Shown in pieces: positions 59,370 through 64,000 of a stretch of 64,000 bases of DNA; position 1 is the first letter of the stretch, and every line of letters begins with the position of its first letter. Position numbers and translations under genes: made by a program. The DNA is from Patescibacteria group bacterium. Lineage in GTDB: Bacteria > Patescibacteriota > Microgenomatia > UBA8517. The notes beneath the pieces were generated by a model, which was not told the DNA's origin, ran no database searches, and saw only the letters and a program-made list of their open reading frames with translations. The stretch is from assembly GCA_036835125.1 (NCBI GenBank), contig DAITMO010000001.1, forward strand, positions 421,487-485,486, given 5' to 3'.

Positions 59370-59466
59370 AACAGTGAAAAAGTTCTGGAGATAGTCAACT
59401 AAAGCCCGCTTGTATATTGTAATTTTGACTTCCATCTTCAGTTGTAGTAGTATGCACTTATAATTT

Positions 59467-59499
59467 CAGGCTAAATGCAGCCTGATTTTTTGTTTTTTT
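59467..59499 (+). terminator. rho-independent terminator
   Basis: caggct-aaatgc-agcctg hairpin followed by aTTTTTTgTTTTTTT. Confidence 0.6.
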
Positions 59500-59640
59500 A
59501 GGCTTAAGCTATCTTGTACTTTAAAAGTTGCGGATTATTAGAAAAAACTCCTTCTTAAGTGGGTAGTTTTCTGGATATTACGTATCTGGAAAAATACCCA
59601 CTTGGGTAGAAAATTTTTTTTCGGAAAAGGAGTGTGTCAA

Positions 59641-60093
59641 ATGAAAACAAAAACAATCGGTTACATAATTTGGACGATTGTAGTTATCGCTGCCCTTATC
59701 TTCGTTGGTATTCAAGTTACGAAGGACCGAGTGTACATCGGGACCAAGCATGAATTCAGCACCGACAGGACGATTCAAATTGATGCTAATAAAGTAACCT
59801 TTCAGGCGGCATCGTCTGATTTCTTCGTTCTTCGAAAGGTGAGTGGTGAAACCATCATAGGTTCTCCCGCACCCGCCCCGCTAAGATGGTCAAGTGATTT
59901 GTATTTCACTGCTGGACCACAAGAAGTTCCCGGCGGCACATGGTTATTCGCGTATGGAACTGCTACAGTGAATATCACGAGCGACAGACCTGTAACTGTA
60001 CGATTGATCCAAGCAGATCAGGGAAGGTATTGGGTTTTAATAATAATGTCTGCTTTTCTCGTGTGGATATTAGGCATCTTTTTAAATCCCTAA
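59641..60093 (+). CDS. hypothetical membrane-anchored/secreted protein
   Basis: N-terminal TM (IGYIIWTIVVIAALIFVGI) and C-terminal TM. AAGGAG RBS 8 nt upstream of the ATG at 59641, preferred over the tracked 59602 start. Confidence 0.4.
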   Translation: MKTKTIGYIIWTIVVIAALIFVGIQVTKDRVYIGTKHEFSTDRTIQIDANKVTFQAASSDFFVLRKVSGETIIGSPAPAPLRWSSDLYFTAGPQEVPGGTWLFAYGTATVNITSDRPVTVRLIQADQGRYWVLIIMSAFLVWILGIFLNP

Positions 60094-60255
60094 TGAGTAC
60101 ACCCGTAACAATGTCCAAGAAACAGACCCTCGGTAGAGAAATTATTAGGCTAATATAGCTAATTTTTTTTATCAATACCGAGGGTGTTTTCAATTATTGA
60201 AGATAAAAATTCTAAATACATAATAGTAAGCTTACCTAGTGTTATATAATGGTTT

Positions 60256-61968
60256 ATGCCTCAAAAACCATTAACTAATCTCCAAATTGCAGAATTACTT
60301 CGTGATGTAGCAGCTTCGTATCAATTAAAAGACGATCGAAAATATAAATTTCAAATAATTGCATATGAACGTGCCTCAGATGCAGTTGAGCACGCTACAA
60401 GTGAACTAAAAGACCTTTGGGATGATGGGAAATTGGAAGAAGTTCCTGGTATTGGACCCTCAATTGCGGAGCATTTAGGAGAATTATTCAAAAATGGGTA
60501 TTCCAAACATTTTGAGAAATTAATGGAAGGTATTCCGAAAGAAGCATTTAAGCTAATGGAACTGCCTGGAATTGGAATAAAAACTGCAATGAAGCTTTTA
60601 AAAGAAGGTAATCCAAAAGAAGTTAAGGCAAAACTTATTGAAGTAGAAAAGAAAAACAAAAAGGTTAAAAGACACCTTTTGCCATATGCTGCAATGGTAG
60701 CAAATGAAGTAATGGATTATCTTTTGACTTGTCCTGAAACATTGCGTGTAGACCCACTAGGAAGCCTTAGACGCCAAGCTTCAACCATTGGGGATATAGA
60801 CATCGCTGTAGCCACAAATGACCCAGGAACAGTCTTGGAATATTTCACTAAATATCCAAAATCAAATAAAACTATTGATATAGGAGACACTTCAGCCTCA
60901 ATCTTGCTACCAGGGGATATTAGAGTTGACCTTAAAGCACAACCTTTAAAGACTTATGGATCACTTCTGCAACATTTTACAGGTTCAAAACACCATAATA
61001 TTGCACTTCGTGAATACTCACTAAAAAAAGGCCTATCACTATCTGAATATGGTATTAAAAATATCTCAACTGGTAAGATGTCGAAATTTAGCGATGAAAA
61101 AGATTTCTATGAGTATTTGGGGTTGGAATATATAGAACCTGAATTAAGAGAAGACACTGGTGAAATTGAGGCTGCAAAAGAACATAAACTTCCAAAACTA
61201 GTAAATATTTCTGACATTAAAGGTGATCTACAGATTCATTCAGATTTTGATATAGAAACTAGTCATGATCTTGGAGAAAGCTCTATGGAAGAAATTATTG
61301 ATAAAGGAAACGAACTGGGATATGAATATTTAGCTTTCACTGAACATAATCCAAGTCAAAAAGGTCACAGTCAAAAAGATATTGTGGAAATACTAAAAAG
61401 AAAGCGTGAAAAGATTGATAAACTAAATTACTCAATTAAAGAAAAGGGTAATAATAGTATACATAAAGTATTTAACAGCCTTGAGATAGATATTCTTTCA
61501 GATGGTTTAATTCCTGTACCAGACGCGGGATTAGATTTATTAGATTTTGCCTTAGTTTCAATTCACTCAAGTTTTAATTTGTCTCGTGACCAAATGACAA
61601 ATAGAGTTTTAAAAGCATTAACACACCCAAAGTGTAAAATCTTTGCACACCCAACAGCCAGGAAATTAAATGAACGTGAGGGTGTGGAACTTGATTGGCC
61701 AAAAATTTTTGATTTTTGTTTGAAGAATGATAAATGGATAGAGATAGATGCAGACCCCATGCGTCTTGATTTACCAGACAATTTAGTTCGTGAGGCAGTG
61801 AAAAGTGGTGTGAAACTAACAATAGGTACGGATGCCCATCATAAAGACGGACTGAACAATATGATATTTGGAGTGTCTGTGGCAAGACGAGGATGGGCAG
61901 ATGCTCATGATATAATAAATACTTGTAATTTAGATGAGTTTGAAAAAGAATTAAAAGGAGGTGAATAA
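60256..61968 (+). CDS. DNA polymerase X family protein with C-terminal PHP domain
   Basis: N-terminal HhH/Pol-beta-like region (IGPSIAEHL ... GIGIKTAMKLL), nucleotidyltransferase GDIDIAV, C-terminal PHP His-rich motifs (DLQIHSDFD ... HNPS ... IHSS). Confidence 0.85.
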   Translation: MPQKPLTNLQIAELLRDVAASYQLKDDRKYKFQIIAYERASDAVEHATSELKDLWDDGKLEEVPGIGPSIAEHLGELFKNGYSKHFEKLMEGIPKEAFKLMELPGIGIKTAMKLLKEGNPKEVKAKLIEVEKKNKKVKRHLLPYAAMVANEVMDYLLTCPETLRVDPLGSLRRQASTIGDIDIAVATNDPGTVLEYFTKYPKSNKTIDIGDTSASILLPGDIRVDLKAQPLKTYGSLLQHFTGSKHHNIALREYSLKKGLSLSEYGIKNISTGKMSKFSDEKDFYEYLGLEYIEPELREDTGEIEAAKEHKLPKLVNISDIKGDLQIHSDFDIETSHDLGESSMEEIIDKGNELGYEYLAFTEHNPSQKGHSQKDIVEILKRKREKIDKLNYSIKEKGNNSIHKVFNSLEIDILSDGLIPVPDAGLDLLDFALVSIHSSFNLSRDQMTNRVLKALTHPKCKIFAHPTARKLNEREGVELDWPKIFDFCLKNDKWIEIDADPMRLDLPDNLVREAVKSGVKLTIGTDAHHKDGLNNMIFGVSVARRGWADAHDIINTCNLDEFEKELKGGE

Positions 61969-61971
61969 AAT

Positions 61972-62526
61972 ATGATTTATGTACTAATTGCTATAGCTAT
62001 CGTAATACTTTTTTGGGTTATATCTACTTACAATTTTTTTGTAAGTACAAAAACAAGAGTTGAAGCTTCTACCCAGGAAATAGGAAATCAATTAAAAAGA
62101 CAATCTGAGCTTATTCCAAATCTTGAGTCATCAGTAAAAGGTTATCTTACACACGAAAAAGGAATACTAGAAATGCTTTCTGAAGCCAGAAAGATGACAG
62201 CAAAAGGACAAGATGCAAGTAAAAAGATTTCAGAATTGTTACCAAAGCTTCAAGTTGTAGTTGAAAGTAATCCAGAGCTTAAAGGAGCTAGTGTTGTAAC
62301 AAATTTGATGGATGAGCTTAGAGATACAAGCGATAAAGTAATGTATGCTAGGCGTCTCCTTATAGATCTAACAGCTGACTATAATGTTAAAATTATTACT
62401 TTTCCAAGCAAAATTGTTGCCAATGCGTTTCATTTTGGCAAATTGAAGGGTTTGGAAACGGACGAAAATGGAGATTTTCTTAAAGTAAAAAGTGAAGAAA
62501 TGAAAACTCCAAAAGTAAATTTGTGA
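61972..62526 (+). CDS. lemA: LemA family protein
   Basis: N-terminal TM followed by the LemA domain; 184 aa; immediately upstream of htpX. Confidence 0.75.
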   Translation: MIYVLIAIAIVILFWVISTYNFFVSTKTRVEASTQEIGNQLKRQSELIPNLESSVKGYLTHEKGILEMLSEARKMTAKGQDASKKISELLPKLQVVVESNPELKGASVVTNLMDELRDTSDKVMYARRLLIDLTADYNVKIITFPSKIVANAFHFGKLKGLETDENGDFLKVKSEEMKTPKVNL

Positions 62527-62527
62527 G

Positions 62528-63451
62528 ATGAAAAACATTTACGAAGCTCAAAGGTCAAACAAGATTAAGAGTGCTACTGTTGTGGTGCTTTTTGTCTTGT
62601 TTGTAGCAATATCAACATATTTTATATCTAAAGCATTTGGGGTATATCTTGGTTACGAACCAAGTGAACTTGGGTTTGTGGGGATTGCACTTATTGTTTC
62701 TGGAATATCTAGCTTTGTAAGCTATTATTTCTCAGATCAAATAATTCTTGGAATTTCAGGAGCAAGAGAGGCAGATAGAAAACGTGATTTTCTTTTTTAC
62801 ACAGTTTCCGAAAACCTAAGTATTGGAGCAGGTATCCCAAAGCCAAGACTTTATGTAATTGCTGACTCGGCTCCAAACGCATTTGCTACAGGAAGAGATC
62901 CAAAACACGCAGTAATTTGTGCTACGACAGGACTCCTTGAGAAACTAAACAGAACAGAGCTTGAGGGAGTTGTTGCCCATGAAATGAGCCATATAAAAAA
63001 TTATGACATAAGGCTTATGTCTATTGTTTCTGTTATGGTGGGGTTAATCGCACTTTTGGGGGATTGGTTTTTAAGAGTTTCTTTTAGGGGGAAAAGCAGA
63101 GATGATAACAATGGTGCTGCTGGAATTTTTATTCTTGTAGGGCTTATTTTTGCAATACTTTCACCTATTATTGGACAGCTAATTCAACTTGCAATAAGTA
63201 GAAGACGTGAATTTTTGGCAGATAATGGTTCAGTTTCAATTACCAGGCAGCCTCAAGGGCTTATCTCAGCTTTAGAAAAAATTTCAAACGATAATGAACC
63301 ACTTGAAGTGGCAAATAAGGCGACAGCTCATCTTTACATAGTTAGTCCCTTTAAAAACAAGAATAAAAACAACAGAAGTACTTTTGCGAGTTTATTCAAT
63401 ACACACCCTCCTGTTTCAGAAAGAATTAAGGCATTAAAACTCATGGCTTAA
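62528..63451 (+). CDS. htpX: zinc metalloprotease HtpX (M48 family)
   Basis: HEMSHI (HExxH) zinc motif, 4 TM segments, typical lemA-htpX pairing. Confidence 0.85.
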   Translation: MKNIYEAQRSNKIKSATVVVLFVLFVAISTYFISKAFGVYLGYEPSELGFVGIALIVSGISSFVSYYFSDQIILGISGAREADRKRDFLFYTVSENLSIGAGIPKPRLYVIADSAPNAFATGRDPKHAVICATTGLLEKLNRTELEGVVAHEMSHIKNYDIRLMSIVSVMVGLIALLGDWFLRVSFRGKSRDDNNGAAGIFILVGLIFAILSPIIGQLIQLAISRRREFLADNGSVSITRQPQGLISALEKISNDNEPLEVANKATAHLYIVSPFKNKNKNNRSTFASLFNTHPPVSERIKALKLMA

Positions 63452-63494
63452 ACTCTTGTTTTGATATCCTTTTGAGGTTATCATTACAAAAGAT

Positions 63495-63806
63495 ATGGCC
63501 AAACTTACAGATAAGGAAGTGCTCCATGTAGCAAAGCTTGCAAAACTTGAATTAAGTAAAGAAGAAATTGAAAAATTTACTCTTCAATTATCAAGTGTTG
63601 TTGATTATTTTGGGGACTTGAATGAAGTTGATACAAAAGACATAGAACCAACTAGTCAAACAACTGGACTCGAAAACGTTAGAAGAGAAGATTTGGTAAA
63701 AAGTGATGAATCTATAAACCAGGAAGAAGCTCTTTCAAATACAGACAAATCTCATAATGGTTACTTTAAAGTCGATGCAATATTAGGAGAAAGGAGTGAT
63801 AAATGA
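63495..63806 (+). CDS. gatC: Asp-tRNA(Asn)/Glu-tRNA(Gln) amidotransferase subunit C
   Basis: ~100 aa with the characteristic GatC start (MAKLTDKEVLHVAKLAKLEL ...), followed by gatA. Confidence 0.8.
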   Translation: MAKLTDKEVLHVAKLAKLELSKEEIEKFTLQLSSVVDYFGDLNEVDTKDIEPTSQTTGLENVRREDLVKSDESINQEEALSNTDKSHNGYFKVDAILGERSDK

Positions 63807-64000
63807 AGGCACCTTTAACAATTGAGGACACACAAAAAGGTTTGTTAAACAAAGATTTTTCTACAGTGGAATTAGTTGATGAGTATTTAAGAAAAATTAA
63901 AAAAGAAAGTAAACTAAACGCTTTTATTACTGTAACAGAAGAAGAAGCTTACAAAAAAGCAAAAGAAACAGATAAATTAATTTCGATAGACAAAGAAATA
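63803..64000 (+). CDS. gatA: Glu-tRNA(Gln) amidotransferase subunit A (5' partial, runs off window)
   Basis: Start overlaps the gatC stop (ATGA); N-terminus ... LNKDFSTVELVDEYLRKIK ... LNAFITV matches GatA; open to the window end. Confidence 0.75.
   Translation, partial: MKAPLTIEDTQKGLLNKDFSTVELVDEYLRKIKKESKLNAFITVTEEEAYKKAKETDKLISIDKEI

Larger units (their letters stand above)
52726..60250. mobile_element. putative genomic island/degraded integrative element headed by a large serine recombinase next to tRNA-Asp
   Basis: The recombinase abuts the tRNA. Cargo is small hypothetical and regulatory genes, an S26 peptidase operon and an SDH-type protease, with a 607-nt noncoding stretch. Housekeeping genes (PolX, lemA-htpX, gatCA) resume at 60256. 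The right boundary is not defined by a repeat and is an estimate. Confidence 0.45.

Noticed and set aside
1-64000. CRISPR arrays, rRNA genes, tmRNA/RNase P/SRP RNA
   Set aside because: No spaced direct-repeat arrays or recognisable rRNA/structured-RNA signatures found by eye. Absence is not proven without Infernal or CRISPR-finder scans.

Overview
The window is low-GC, gene-dense bacterial DNA. Gene content suggests a Patescibacteria/CPR-like genome: single-chain GlyRS, an IMPDH-family enzyme without CBS domains, a GT39-type membrane glycosyltransferase, and many short overlapping genes. That placement is inference.

The first ~27 kb is a near-complete division/cell-wall (dcw) cluster on the + strand. 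It runs mraZ-rsmH-ftsL-ftsI-murA-yvcK-murE (fused to a nucleotidyltransferase domain)-murC-murB-murD-DegT-like-alr-murF-mraY-ftsW-murG-ftsQ-ftsA-ftsZ. Housekeeping genes follow: dus, an RRM RNA-binding protein, ileS, rodA, rplU, rpmA, parB, lepB and an IMPDH-family gene.

The region from ~37.9 kb to 49.5 kb opens with tRNA-Val, followed by a membrane protein and, on the minus strand, a secreted lipase-like hydrolase. Next comes an ~8 kb surface-glycan locus on the + strand (GT4, GT2, a flippase, a GT4-FkbM methyltransferase fusion, a GT39-like enzyme, a short GT2 and a Wzy-like protein), and then a secreted Ig-like protein on the minus strand.

The most unusual part is a tRNA hotspot at 49.5-60.2 kb. 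It contains tRNA-Thr(CGU); a 15-bp duplicate of the tRNA-Gly(CCC) 3' end bounding a ~1.4 kb islet that carries a UDG-superfamily glycosylase and a NUDIX hydrolase; and the intact tRNA-Gly. A tRNA-Asp(GUC) gene there is split by a 207-nt group I intron with recognisable P1/P10, P, Q, R, S and P7 elements. Immediately downstream is a large serine recombinase heading a ~7.5 kb probable genomic island. Its cargo comprises a SipW-like S26 peptidase operon, an XRE regulator, an SDH/ClpP-fold serine protease and small hypothetical proteins.

The window ends with a PolX/PHP polymerase, lemA-htpX and gatC-gatA.

No rRNA or CRISPR array is present.
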